From positions 2,680 through 66,679 of the forward strand of contig JAUVWW010000001.1 in the NCBI GenBank assembly GCA_030603885.1: a DNA stretch of 64,000 nucleotides, in the 5' to 3' direction. The notes under the pieces are model-generated. The model saw only the letters and a program-made list of their open reading frames with translations, was not told where the DNA came from and did no database searches. This DNA is from a bacterium (GTDB lineage Bacteria > Patescibacteriota > JABMPQ01 > JAUVWW01). This document shows, in pieces, positions 28,935 through 39,381 of the stretch (its first letter is position 1; every line of letters starts with the position of its first letter). The translations under genes and the position numbers were made by a program.

Positions 28935-29584
28935 AGATAACTAAATACGGACAATCAGCCATTTTGGTTGAATTAAAAGGCAAAAAGATTCTAATTGATC
29001 CAGGTAAATATTGTTATGGGGAAGGTAGAATGAAACCAGAAGATTTTAAGAATATTGATGTTATTCTACTAACACATACACACGGAGACCATTGTATGCC
29101 TGAGGCATTGAAAGTAATCAAAGAAAGTAATAATTGTCCTATTTTAACTAACAAGGAAGTTAAAGAATTGCTGGATCAAGAGGGTATAGATTCTGAGGTT
29201 CTAGAGGTGGGACAGACAAGGCAGTTTGGTAATGTTGTTGTTAAAGCAGTTAAAGCCGTCCATGGAGAATTGCCTTCAGGGAAACCAAAACCCGAAACAA
29301 TCGGATTTTTGATTGATGATAAAGTATATCATTGTGGGGACACCATTTAGTTAGAAGAAAAACCATATGCCGATGTTGTTCTTGTTCCCATCAGTGGCTT
29401 AGTCACCATGGATCCCAAAGAGGCTACTCGATTTGTAAAAGAGATTAAGCCAAAATTGGCTATTCCAATTCATTATGATAACCCGAACCTTCCTTTTACA
29501 GATCCTGAAGATTTTGAAAAAGAAATGGAAGGGAGTGGGATCAATGTAAAGATTTTGAATTTTGGGGAGTCGATAGAGATTTAA
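28931..29584 (+). pseudogene. MBL-fold metallo-hydrolase interrupted by an in-frame TAG (29348-29350)
   Basis: The listed ORF 28931-29350 carries HTHGDH and HCGDT. The same frame continues 29351-29584 (LEEKPYADVVLVPISG...PIHYD...) with the remaining conserved MBL residues. Total 217 codons, matching intact homolog length. Confidence 0.6.
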
Positions 29585-29605
29585 TTTTTTATTTGTGATT
29601 TTTTT

Positions 29606-30397
29606 ATGATTGGAATTTTTGACTCTGGCGTTGGCGGACTAACCGTAGTCAGAGAAATATTTAAAATTTTACCCCAGTATCAGATTGTCTATTTTGGGGA
29701 TACGGCTCATTTGCCTTATGGTACCAAAAGCAAAGAGGCCGTTTGTAGATATAGCTTGGCTAATGTTCAGTTTTTATTAAATCAAGGAGCTAAGATTATT
29801 GTTATTGCCTGTCATACTGCATCAAGTTTAGCTGTAGATACTCTAAGAAAAAAATTTCCTAAAATTCCTATTTTTGATGTAGTTAAGCCAGGCATAAAAC
29901 AAGCTCTTGAGGTTACAAAAAATAAAAAAATTGGTATAATAGGAACATTAAGCACTATTAGAAGTGAGGCCCATAAAAAGGCTTTATTGAGCCTAAATCA
30001 AGGGGTTGAAGTTTTTTCCCAAGCTTGTCCCTTGCTTGTTCCCTTAGTTGAAGAAGGATGGATAAATAGGTCTGAGACTCGGAGGATTGTGAAATATTAT
30101 CTAAGGCATCTAAAACAAAAACAGATCGATACTTTGATTTTAGCTTGTACACATTATCCTTTATTAGAGAATTTAATTTCCAGTATAGCTGGAAGAAGGG
30201 TAACTTTGGTTGATCCTGCCCGAGAGGTAGCCAAAGAACTAAAAGAATTTTTAGAGAAAAATAAAGATATCGCTCAAACTTTAAAGAAAGGAAAAGATCA
30301 TAAATTCTTTGTTTCCGATGTACCTTATAAGTTTGGGGAACTATCTAGGAGATGTTTGGGTAGAGTAGTAAAAGTAGAGCAGGTGAGGATAGAATAG
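29606..30397 (+). CDS. murI: Glutamate racemase
   Basis: IGIFDSGVGGLTV, catalytic Cys motifs (IACHTAS, LACTHYP). Confidence 0.9.
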   Translation: MIGIFDSGVGGLTVVREIFKILPQYQIVYFGDTAHLPYGTKSKEAVCRYSLANVQFLLNQGAKIIVIACHTASSLAVDTLRKKFPKIPIFDVVKPGIKQALEVTKNKKIGIIGTLSTIRSEAHKKALLSLNQGVEVFSQACPLLVPLVEEGWINRSETRRIVKYYLRHLKQKQIDTLILACTHYPLLENLISSIAGRRVTLVDPAREVAKELKEFLEKNKDIAQTLKKGKDHKFFVSDVPYKFGELSRRCLGRVVKVEQVRIE

Positions 30398-30429
30398 ATT
30401 CACTATTCATGTAACACGAAACATAACTT

Positions 30430-30657
30430 ATGGCTAAATATTTCACAATCAGAGAAGCAAGACTGGCTTTAATGAGAATGGGTTTGTCTTCCTCTGTTCG
30501 TCGAAAAGTTTTAACTGAGTTAAGAAGAAAAGGCGGAGCTGCTATTTCTCCAGCTGAACTTAGAAATATTACTCGAAGAATGATGTGGGACACCAAAGAT
30601 GGTATATCTCGCCAGAGAGCTTGGAGAGTAAGAAGAAGACTAAAGAGAAAATTCTAA
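30430..30657 (+). CDS. Small highly basic protein, hypothetical
   Basis: 75-aa Arg/Lys-rich ORF. No family recognised. Confidence 0.3.
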   Translation: MAKYFTIREARLALMRMGLSSSVRRKVLTELRRKGGAAISPAELRNITRRMMWDTKDGISRQRAWRVRRRLKRKF

Positions 30658-30679
30658 ATTACTAAGTTATTTATATATC

Positions 30680-31666
30680 ATGACTTTATTTCTCTGGATC
30701 GTCATCTTTTGTGTCAGTGTGGCTGTTTTGGTAAAAGGAGCTGACTGGTTTACTGAATCAGCAGAGAAAATTGGCTTGGCTTTTAAAGTTTCCCCTTTTA
30801 TTATCGGTGTTACTATAGTAGCTTTAGGTACCTCTCTTCCAGAGTTAGCTTCTTCAATAGCTGCTGTTCTAAAACAAAGCACTGAAATTGTTTCTGCCAA
30901 TGCCATTGGCTCAAATCTGGCTAATATTCTTTTAGTTATTGGACTAGCCAGTCTATTTGGTGGAACTTTGATAGTAAGACGAAGCCTGATTAATCTAGAT
31001 CTCCCTCTTTTGGCCTCAACTACTGTTTTGTGTCTCTTTTGTGTCATAGATAGACAGATTACAAGGTTTGAGGCTATAATCTTAATTTTAGCTTATCTTA
31101 TTTATTTAGCTTATACTATAGTTCAGCGAAAAGGTACTAAAGAGGAGACTAAAGAGGTTATGGAAGTTCTACCTTCTCGAGAAGAAAGAAGAGAAAAAGA
31201 AAGAAAAAGAATGGGAGGGCTAGGTTGGAAGATATTTTTCTTTTTAATTTTGGGAGCAGTACTACTTTATATTGGTGCTAATTACACTATTGAGTCAGTA
31301 ATGAAACTGTCGACTTTACTTGCTATTCCTACCGGCATCATTGCCATTTTAGCTCTGGCTATTGGTACTTCCTTGCCAGAACTGGTAGTTTCTGTTCGAG
31401 CTGCCATGCATAAAAAATATGAAATTGGATTGGGTAATATCCTTGGTTCTAATATTTTCAATATTTTATTAGTTATTGGAATACCTGGACTGATTAGTAC
31501 TCTTTCTTTAGATGAGACAACCTTTAAAATAGGAATTCCATTTTTGGTTGTAGCCACAATCTTGTTTGTTATCTCTGGGATTTCTAGAAGGATCCATGCT
31601 TGGGAAGGAGCCATGTATTTACTTATTTATGTTTTGTTCATTGGGATGTTGTTTGGATTTGTTTAG
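30680..31666 (+). CDS. Ca2+/cation antiporter (CaCA, YrbG-like)
   Basis: Two alpha-repeats GTSLPEL (ALGTSLPELASS and AIGTSLPELVVS). About 10 TM helices. Confidence 0.8.
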   Translation: MTLFLWIVIFCVSVAVLVKGADWFTESAEKIGLAFKVSPFIIGVTIVALGTSLPELASSIAAVLKQSTEIVSANAIGSNLANILLVIGLASLFGGTLIVRRSLINLDLPLLASTTVLCLFCVIDRQITRFEAIILILAYLIYLAYTIVQRKGTKEETKEVMEVLPSREERREKERKRMGGLGWKIFFFLILGAVLLYIGANYTIESVMKLSTLLAIPTGIIAILALAIGTSLPELVVSVRAAMHKKYEIGLGNILGSNIFNILLVIGIPGLISTLSLDETTFKIGIPFLVVATILFVISGISRRIHAWEGAMYLLIYVLFIGMLFGFV

Positions 31667-31683
31667 AGTCATCTAAATAATTT

Positions 31684-33351
31684 ATGCTCGACATCATTAT
31701 CAAAAACGGCACTGTCATTGATGGTGCAGGTAAAAAAATTTATAAGGCTGATTTAGGGGTAATCAATGGCAAGATTGTCACCATTGGAGATTTATCCAAG
31801 GCCAGGGCTGATGAAGTAATAGATGCTAAAGGTAAGTTTGTTACCCCTGGTTTTATTGATATCCATAATCTCTCGGATGGTTACCTGACTTTGTTTACCA
31901 TCCCCACTCAGGATAGTCTAGTCAGACAGGGCTGTACTACTGCCATTGGAGGAAATTGTGGTTCGTCTTTGGCACCTCTGGCTACCCCTCCTACTAATAG
32001 ATTACTAAGAAAAATTTGGGTATCCCGAAGACTTCCAGATATTATTTTAGCTCCCACTACAACTCTAGCCATGATCAAGTCTGTAAGACGTTGGGCTGAG
32101 ATATTTGGATTTAATATTAATTGGCTTACTTTTAGAGAATACTTGCGGGAAATTCAAAAAAGAGGTATAAGCATAAACTTTGGTTCATTAATTGGACATA
32201 CTACTCTAAGACGAGGGCTAATTAGGGACGAAGTTCGAGATTTGACCAAAGAAGAAATGAAGATGATGGAGGGTCTCATTACTCATGCCTTAGAAGAAGG
32301 AAGTTTTGGTTTATCTTTTGGACTTGCTTATTCACATGCCAATTTTGTAAAGACAGAAGAACTTGTAGATTTAGCTAGGTCAGTATCTAAAAGAAAGGGG
32401 ATTATAACCATTCATCTAAGAAACGAGGGAAAGAGACTAGTGGAAGCAGTAAAAGAAGCTATTGCGGTTGGAAAAGAGACGAAAGCTAGGATACAAATAG
32501 CTCATCTTAAGGCACAAGGGGAAGGGAGTTGGGGAAATTTTGCTAAAGCATTAGAAAGAATAGATGGTGCATCCCGAACCCAAGATATTCATTTTGATGT
32601 ATATCCTTATACTGCTACTGCTTCTGTGCTTTATATGTATCTTCCGGATTGGATCTCAAGAGGTGGTAGAGAGAAGACGTTGAAAAGATTACATGATCTA
32701 AAACTGAGAAAGAAAATTATTCAAGATACTAAAGAGCAAAGCATCGATTATGGAAAACTTAGAATAGCTCAATCTCCTTTTAATAAAACCTATGTGGGAC
32801 GGACTATTGGTGAGATTGCCGAAGGAAGAGCTATAGGAGTTGAGGAGGCTGTGTGTGAAGTATTGATTGCTGGAAGAGGCCATGTTATTGTATTTGACTC
32901 TTCGTTATCCGAGGAAAATCTAGAGAAAGCTATAAAAAATCCTTTATGTATGATTACTACCAATGGAGCCGGCTATAACTTAGAACATTATAGAAGCTTA
33001 AAGCAATTTAAGGGAGGCCAGCAGTTGGTTCATCCCCGATGTTTTGGAGCTTTTCCCAGATTTCTAGGTAGATATGTGAGAGAAAAGAAACTGATTTTTT
33101 GGGAAGAAGCTATCCGAAGAATTACGGGACTGCCAGCTAAAAAACTTGGCTTGACCAGACGAGGGATCATCAAGCAAGGCTATTTAGCTGACATTACAAT
33201 CTTTGATCCTAAAACAATAATTGATCGAGCTACTTATGATAATCCTTATCAGTATCCAAAAGGGATAGAATGGGTCTTGGTGAATGGGGAAGTGGTGGTA
33301 AGGAAGAGTAAGCATACTGGAAAGTTGGCAGGAAGGGTTCTTAGACATTAA
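31684..33351 (+). CDS. Amidohydrolase-family protein, D-aminoacylase (N-acyl-D-amino-acid deacylase)-like
   Basis: N-terminus LDIIIKNGTVIDGAG...GFIDIHN and overall D-aminoacylase-like length and layout. The canonical HxH appears reduced to a single His. Confidence 0.7.
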   Translation: MLDIIIKNGTVIDGAGKKIYKADLGVINGKIVTIGDLSKARADEVIDAKGKFVTPGFIDIHNLSDGYLTLFTIPTQDSLVRQGCTTAIGGNCGSSLAPLATPPTNRLLRKIWVSRRLPDIILAPTTTLAMIKSVRRWAEIFGFNINWLTFREYLREIQKRGISINFGSLIGHTTLRRGLIRDEVRDLTKEEMKMMEGLITHALEEGSFGLSFGLAYSHANFVKTEELVDLARSVSKRKGIITIHLRNEGKRLVEAVKEAIAVGKETKARIQIAHLKAQGEGSWGNFAKALERIDGASRTQDIHFDVYPYTATASVLYMYLPDWISRGGREKTLKRLHDLKLRKKIIQDTKEQSIDYGKLRIAQSPFNKTYVGRTIGEIAEGRAIGVEEAVCEVLIAGRGHVIVFDSSLSEENLEKAIKNPLCMITTNGAGYNLEHYRSLKQFKGGQQLVHPRCFGAFPRFLGRYVREKKLIFWEEAIRRITGLPAKKLGLTRRGIIKQGYLADITIFDPKTIIDRATYDNPYQYPKGIEWVLVNGEVVVRKSKHTGKLAGRVLRH

Positions 33352-33359
33352 TAAAGCTA

Positions 33360-34112
33360 ATGGCAAAAGAAATTATTTCATCTTCAAAGAAACTTTCCAA
33401 ATTCCCTGATATTATCCAGGGAATTTTAGTTGGGAGGCTAATGTTTTATAATAACGATCCTAGAGAAGTAGTAGCAAATAGAAAAAGAGCATTTGCTAGT
33501 TTGGGAATTGATTTAAAGAAGGTGGTTATCCAAAGGCAAGAGCATGGAAATAAGACTAGAGTAATTTCAGGGAAAGATCAAGGAGCTGGGGTTTTTGATC
33601 CCAAAGCTTACTTAAAGGGTACCGACGGAATGATTACCAAAGACAAAGGAGTATTTTTAGTCGTCCACACTGCAGATTGTGTTCCCATAAGTTTTTATGA
33701 TCCGAAAAAGAAAATAGTGGCTATAGCCCATGCTGGTTGGAAGGGAACAGCAGACAAGGTAGGGAAGAAAAGCGTATTAAAGATGAAAGAAGTATTCAAC
33801 TGTGATCTAAAGAATATTATTGCTTATATTGGACCATCTATCGGGCCATGCTGTTACAAAATAGAAAATCGAGATAAAAAGATAACCAAGTTTAAAAAAG
33901 CCTTCCCTGATTGTGTACATGAGAAGGCCAAGGGGATTTACCTCGACCTATGGAAAGCAAACAAAAAACAGCTTCTAGAAGCTGGAGTTTTAGAGAGAAA
34001 TATCGAGGAATCTAAGATTTGTACTTGTTGTAGTAAATTAGATTTACCTTCGCACTATCGAGAAGGAAAAAAGAGAAATAGATCGATTTTGTCGGTGATT
34101 GGGAGGAGATAG
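33360..34112 (+). CDS. pgeF: YfiH/PgeF-family (laccase-domain) protein, peptidoglycan editing factor / purine nucleoside enzyme
   Basis: Conserved HAGWKG motif (IAHAGWKGTADKV). C...H...C metal-ligand spacing. Confidence 0.8.
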   Translation: MAKEIISSSKKLSKFPDIIQGILVGRLMFYNNDPREVVANRKRAFASLGIDLKKVVIQRQEHGNKTRVISGKDQGAGVFDPKAYLKGTDGMITKDKGVFLVVHTADCVPISFYDPKKKIVAIAHAGWKGTADKVGKKSVLKMKEVFNCDLKNIIAYIGPSIGPCCYKIENRDKKITKFKKAFPDCVHEKAKGIYLDLWKANKKQLLEAGVLERNIEESKICTCCSKLDLPSHYREGKKRNRSILSVIGRR

Positions 34113-34174
34113 TGATTAAGAAATCTTGTCAAATTTTATTTTTTATGGTAGGATAGTTTGAGGTTAAATGAAAT

Positions 34175-35641
34175 ATGGAATTAAAAGATCTAAAAAATAA
34201 GAATATTCATATTGTAGGCATCTCTGGTGCAGAAGGGTCAGCTATTGCCGATTTTTTGGTTAGTCAAGGGGCAAAGCATATTACTGGCCATGATTTTTGT
34301 GAGAACAAGGATTTTAAGAGGAGTTTTAATTTGTATCATGATTGGATGACATCAAGAGAGAAGAAAAAGGTCTTTTCAAGACTAAAAAAGCTACCAATTA
34401 AATTTAGATTTAAAGATTATTATCTAATTGATGTTCACAAAGCAGATCTTATCTTTGTTCCCCAATCTTGGTTTAGATACAAGATTAACGAAAAACTTAG
34501 GCGTCTTGAAGGAAAGATTCCCTTTTCTTCCATTGCTAAATTATATTTTCAACTTTGTCCCTGTCCTATCATTGGCATTACTGGTACCTCAGGAAAATCT
34601 ACTACAACTAGGTTAATTTATGAAGTTTTAGAAAAAGGCCATACTAAAGGTAAAGTTTATTTCTCGGGCAATGACCGCCAAAATGTCCAAGTGCTGAATC
34701 AAGTTTCTAATATGAAATTAGAAGATGTATTAGTTTTAGAAATCTCCAATAGACAGCTGAAGATTGATTTAGGAAGAAGTCCCTATATTTCTGTAATTAC
34801 TAATATCTCGCCAAACCATCTTGATGATCATAAAGGAGATTACAAAAATTATATCAATACCAAGAAAAAGATTTTAAAATATCAGACAGGAAAAGATTTT
34901 GCTGTATTGAATAATGATAATAGTATAACTAGAAAATTTTCAAAAGAATGTAAGTCTCAAGCATTTTTATTTTCCAGAAAAAAGAAGCTAGAAGAAGGTG
35001 CCTATGTAAAAGAAGGCAGACTCTTTCTTAGAAAAAATAATAGAGAATATATAATCTGCTTTAGAAAAGATCTAAAAATTCCTGGTCCTCACAATATAGA
35101 GAATGCTTTGGCTGCTTCATTAACCTGCTTTCTCTTTGGGATTAATACTAAAATAATACGTGAGACCTTACCTCAGTTTTCTGGCTTAAAGCACAGACTA
35201 GAATTTGTCCGAGAACTTCAAGGCGTAAAATACTACGAAGATTCCTCTGCTTGCAATCCAGATGGGCCAAGAGTAGCGGTACAGACTTTCCATCAACCTA
35301 AGATTTTAATTGCTGGCGGATCAAGAAAAAGACCTATACCTGGCGAATTTGATGCCATGGCTAAATCTATCCTAAAACATAATGTTAAAGCTTTGCTTTT
35401 GATAGGCGAGATGAGCTCTACTATTGAACGGGCAGTCCGCAAAAAAATAAAAGAACTGAATTCCAAAGGATTATTAATAAAACCATATTCTGATTTAAAA
35501 AAAGCGGTTTTAGATGCTCATAAAATAGCTTGCCCAAGCGAAGTGATAATTTTGTCTCCTGGATGTGAAAGTTTTGGCATGTTCCAGGATTATAGAGATA
35601 GGGGAAGGCAATTCAAAAAAATAGTTAGGAACCTAACTTAG
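34175..35641 (+). CDS. murD: Mur ligase, most likely UDP-N-acetylmuramoylalanine--D-glutamate ligase
   Basis: N-terminal Rossmann-like domain, P-loop GITGTSGKSTTT (MurD-type GxNGKST). dcw-like order murD-ftsW-murG-murC-murB. Confidence 0.65.
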   Translation: MELKDLKNKNIHIVGISGAEGSAIADFLVSQGAKHITGHDFCENKDFKRSFNLYHDWMTSREKKKVFSRLKKLPIKFRFKDYYLIDVHKADLIFVPQSWFRYKINEKLRRLEGKIPFSSIAKLYFQLCPCPIIGITGTSGKSTTTRLIYEVLEKGHTKGKVYFSGNDRQNVQVLNQVSNMKLEDVLVLEISNRQLKIDLGRSPYISVITNISPNHLDDHKGDYKNYINTKKKILKYQTGKDFAVLNNDNSITRKFSKECKSQAFLFSRKKKLEEGAYVKEGRLFLRKNNREYIICFRKDLKIPGPHNIENALAASLTCFLFGINTKIIRETLPQFSGLKHRLEFVRELQGVKYYEDSSACNPDGPRVAVQTFHQPKILIAGGSRKRPIPGEFDAMAKSILKHNVKALLLIGEMSSTIERAVRKKIKELNSKGLLIKPYSDLKKAVLDAHKIACPSEVIILSPGCESFGMFQDYRDRGRQFKKIVRNLT

Positions 35642-35646
35642 AATTA

Positions 35647-36771
35647 ATGTCTAAGCCTCACAAACCAGATTATATCCTAGTCCTTGTTGTCTTTGCTTTG
35701 GTTATTTTTGGTCTTATTATGATGGCTTCGGCCTCATCAGTTATTTCCTATGAGAAATTTGGGGAGAATTATTATTACTTTAGACACCAGCTAATATTTG
35801 GAGTTCTTTTAGGCCTTATTGCTTTTACTATCACTTCCCGAGTTGATTACCGTTTTTGGCAAAAATTAGCAGTACCAGCACTTTTGATAACCTTGGCTTT
35901 ATTAGTTCTAGTTTTTATTCCTCGTCTTGGTCTTGAATATGGCGGAGCCAAGAGATGGATACATATAGGACCCTATACTATACAGCCTACAGAAATTGCT
36001 AAGCTAACCTTTTTGCTTTATCTTGCCACTTGGCTTGAAAAAAGAGGAAAGGGTATCAAAGATTGGAAATATGGATTTTTACCATTTATTGCCATTTTGG
36101 GGGTAATTGGTCTTTTGATTATGCTTCAACCCGATCTAGGTACTTTTTGTGTCGTTGCCCTAATAGCTGTGATAGTATATTTTGTGGCTGGAGCAAGTTG
36201 GCCCCATCTTGTTGCCATAGGAGCAGGAGGAGTAGCTTTATTTTGGCTCTTAGTAAAAGTAGCGCCCTATAGAATGGCTAGATTTACTGTATTTTTAAAT
36301 CCTGAACTTGATCCTGAAGGGATTGGCTATCAAATCAATCAGGCACTTTTAGCCATTGGTTCTGGAGGACTTTTTGGTCGAGGACTAGGAAAGAGCATTC
36401 AAAAATTTCAATATCTACCTGAGGCCGCTGGAGACTCTATATTTGCTATTATTGCCGAAGAGTTAGGTTTTCTTCGTATTTTACTACTTATTGGTCTGTT
36501 TGCAGTTTTTGCGGCACTAGGATTTAGGATTGCTCGCAATGCTCCAGATAATTTTGGAAAATTAGTAGCAGTTGGGGTAACTGCCTGGCTTGGTTTTCAG
36601 TCTTTCATTAATATAGCTGCTATGGTTAATTTAATTCCTTTAACTGGAATTCCTTTACCTTTTATAAGTTATGGAGGTACAGCCTTAATGGTTTCCTTGG
36701 CAGCAGTAGGAATATTGGTGAATATATCGCGGTATACTACTGAAGAGGCGAAGAGAAGAAGAAGATATTAG
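35647..36771 (+). CDS. ftsW: SEDS-family peptidoglycan glycosyltransferase (FtsW/RodA)
   Basis: 10-TM SEDS topology. Position between murD and murG. Confidence 0.75.
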   Translation: MSKPHKPDYILVLVVFALVIFGLIMMASASSVISYEKFGENYYYFRHQLIFGVLLGLIAFTITSRVDYRFWQKLAVPALLITLALLVLVFIPRLGLEYGGAKRWIHIGPYTIQPTEIAKLTFLLYLATWLEKRGKGIKDWKYGFLPFIAILGVIGLLIMLQPDLGTFCVVALIAVIVYFVAGASWPHLVAIGAGGVALFWLLVKVAPYRMARFTVFLNPELDPEGIGYQINQALLAIGSGGLFGRGLGKSIQKFQYLPEAAGDSIFAIIAEELGFLRILLLIGLFAVFAALGFRIARNAPDNFGKLVAVGVTAWLGFQSFINIAAMVNLIPLTGIPLPFISYGGTALMVSLAAVGILVNISRYTTEEAKRRRRY

Positions 36772-36798
36772 ATGATTTTTAATTTAGAGTTTTAAAGT

Positions 36799-37896
36799 AT
36801 GCGTATTCTACTAACCGGTGGAGGAACTGGTGGCCATGTCTTTCCTATCTTAGCTGTAGTTAATGAATTGAAAAGACTCTCCGAAGAAAAAGTCGATTTT
36901 TTATGGATAGGATCTCGGAAAGGACCAGAACGAGATTCTGCCAAAAAACGTGGTATTCCTTATAGATCCATTTGTACTGGAAAATTTAGACGTTATTTTT
37001 CTTGGCTTAATTTTCTAGACATATTTAGAATACCCATAGGCAAAGCTCAAGCTTTTTTTATAATTAGATCTTTTAGACCAGATGCAATTTTCTCCAAAGG
37101 TGGATATGTGAGTCTCCCTGCAGTTTTGGCTGGATGGTCCTTGAGAGTCCCCAGTTTGATTCATGAATCAGATACTGTACCTGGACTGGCTAATCGTTTT
37201 TTGAGTAAATTTGTATTAAAGATTGCTATTTCGTTCAAGGAGACCGAGAAATATTTTCCAACTCCAAAATGCATCCTAACAGGAAATCCTATAAGACCCG
37301 GGATTCTAGAAGGATCAAAAGAAAGAGGATTTAGATATTTTGGTCTGGAATATGGACGGCCGATCATTTTAGTGACTGGAGGAAGCCAGGGATCAAGGAA
37401 AATTAATGAAATAACAGTAAAAGCTTTACCAAAATTATTAGAAAAGTATCAGCTAATACATTTGTGTGGGAAAAGAAACTTATCAGCTGTCAGCCGCAAG
37501 CTACCATCTATTAGTCTAAAGAATTATAAACTCTATCCATTCTTGCCTGTTCTCAAGATGGCTGATGCTTTGGCTGTTGCTGACTTAGTTGTCTCTAGAG
37601 CTGGAGCTAATCTTTTAGCAGAACTGGCTGTTTTAGGAAAACCTTCTATTTTAATCCCTCTGCCAACTGCAGCTTCAGATCATCAAAGAAAAAATGCTCG
37701 GGTTTTTGAGAAGGAAAACGCAACTTTTGTTATAGAAGAGAAAGATTTAGCTCACGATACCTTATTTAAAGAAATAAACTGGTTGTTTGAACATAGAGAA
37801 AGATTAGATAAAATGAGCGGAAATGTGCTAAAATTAGCCAGACCAAATGCAGCAAGAAGGATAGTTGAAGAGATTTTAAACTTGATTAAAAAATGA
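36799..37896 (+). CDS. murG: Undecaprenyldiphospho-muramoylpentapeptide beta-N-acetylglucosaminyltransferase
   Basis: ILLTGGGTGGHVFP N-terminal signature. GT28 architecture. Confidence 0.9.
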   Translation: MRILLTGGGTGGHVFPILAVVNELKRLSEEKVDFLWIGSRKGPERDSAKKRGIPYRSICTGKFRRYFSWLNFLDIFRIPIGKAQAFFIIRSFRPDAIFSKGGYVSLPAVLAGWSLRVPSLIHESDTVPGLANRFLSKFVLKIAISFKETEKYFPTPKCILTGNPIRPGILEGSKERGFRYFGLEYGRPIILVTGGSQGSRKINEITVKALPKLLEKYQLIHLCGKRNLSAVSRKLPSISLKNYKLYPFLPVLKMADALAVADLVVSRAGANLLAELAVLGKPSILIPLPTAASDHQRKNARVFEKENATFVIEEKDLAHDTLFKEINWLFEHRERLDKMSGNVLKLARPNAARRIVEEILNLIKK

Positions 37897-39326
37897 AAAT
37901 AAATTTAGAAAAAATTAAAAGAGCCCATCTTATTGGCATTGGTGGAATTGGAGTCTCTGCTATTGCTAGGATTTTACTAAAGAAGGGTATTCAGGTTTCT
38001 GGGTCTGACCTAGAGAGATCTAAAGTTACTAATAATCTTAAAAAACTAGGCATTAAAGTATTTTGCGGCCAGCATAGACCTGAAAATATTGAAAGAGATA
38101 TTAATCTAGTAGTTCATACGGTGGCTGCTTCTAAAGATAATCCAGAGCTTATCCAAGCTAAAGAGTTTAAAATCCCTACTCTAACTTTTCCTCAAATTTT
38201 AGGTGAATTGACCAAAGATAAATTTACTATTGCAGTCTCGGGCACTCATGGAAAAACAACCACTACCTCCTTAGCCTCTTTAGTTTTAGAAAAAGGTGGT
38301 TTTGATCCGACCGTAGTTATTGGCTCAAATTTAGAAGCCTTCAAAGGAAATGCCAGGGTAGGGAAAAGTAAATACTTTGTTATTGAAGCAGATGAATATA
38401 GAAAAGCCTTTTTAAATTACTCTCCTAATATTGTGGTATTGACCAGTCTTGAATATGAGCACCCTGATTGTTACAAAAATTTAAAAGCAGTCAAGAAAGC
38501 CTTTAGTGATTTTCTAAAAAAATTGCCAGCTAAGGGTATGGTTATTGCCTGCTTTGATGATGCCAATGTGCGAGATCTTATAGAAAAGTCAAAAGCCTAC
38601 CCTGAGCGAAGTCGAGGGGTTATAAGTTATGGGTTTAGTGAAGATGTAACTTTTAGAATAGGAAATGTAATTCAGAAAAGAAGAGGAACAACTTTTCAGA
38701 TTACAAAAAACAACGAGCTTATTGGTGAATTTAAGCTCGTTATTCCAGGAATACATAATGTTCTAAATGCCACAGCGGCCATAGCTTTAGCCCTTGAGCT
38801 TGGAATTAGTATCGGAGCCATCAAGCGAACTTTAACTGGATTTAAGGGAGCTTGGCGAAGATTTGAGAAAAAAGGAGAAGTCAAAGGAGTAACTATTATC
38901 GATGATTATGCTCATCATCCAACAGAAGTTCAAGCAACTTTAGCTGCTGCTCGGAAACTATTTGGAGATAAAAAGATCATTTGTGTCTTTCAGCCCCATC
39001 ATTATCAAAGAATAAAAGCCTTGATTTGGGATTTTGTAAAAAGCTTTTCAAATGCAGACGAGATTGTTATTTGTGATATCTATTCTGTGGCTGGTCGAGA
39101 AGATAAACTAACACAAAGAGAAGTAAGCTCAAAAATGCTAGTAGAAGAGATAGCCAAGTTAGGTAAAGATGTGAAATATATAGGGGAGCTTGATGAAGTA
39201 GTAAAGTATTTAGCAAAGCATACTAAAAAAGAAGATGTGGTCATTACTATGGGAGCAGGGGATGTGACTGAGGTAGGGGATAAGCTGGTAAGAAGTTTAA
39301 AACGCAAAAGGAAAAGTGTAAGATAA
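37893..39326 (+). CDS. murC: UDP-N-acetylmuramate--L-alanine ligase
   Basis: HLIGIGGIGVSAIA and GTHGKTTTTS motifs. Confidence 0.9.
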   Translation: MKINLEKIKRAHLIGIGGIGVSAIARILLKKGIQVSGSDLERSKVTNNLKKLGIKVFCGQHRPENIERDINLVVHTVAASKDNPELIQAKEFKIPTLTFPQILGELTKDKFTIAVSGTHGKTTTTSLASLVLEKGGFDPTVVIGSNLEAFKGNARVGKSKYFVIEADEYRKAFLNYSPNIVVLTSLEYEHPDCYKNLKAVKKAFSDFLKKLPAKGMVIACFDDANVRDLIEKSKAYPERSRGVISYGFSEDVTFRIGNVIQKRRGTTFQITKNNELIGEFKLVIPGIHNVLNATAAIALALELGISIGAIKRTLTGFKGAWRRFEKKGEVKGVTIIDDYAHHPTEVQATLAAARKLFGDKKIICVFQPHHYQRIKALIWDFVKSFSNADEIVICDIYSVAGREDKLTQREVSSKMLVEEIAKLGKDVKYIGELDEVVKYLAKHTKKEDVVITMGAGDVTEVGDKLVRSLKRKRKSVR

Positions 39327-39381
39327 GAGTGCAAAATTTAAAATGACTTTTTGATGTCAGTTATTATTTTTAGTTTTAACC

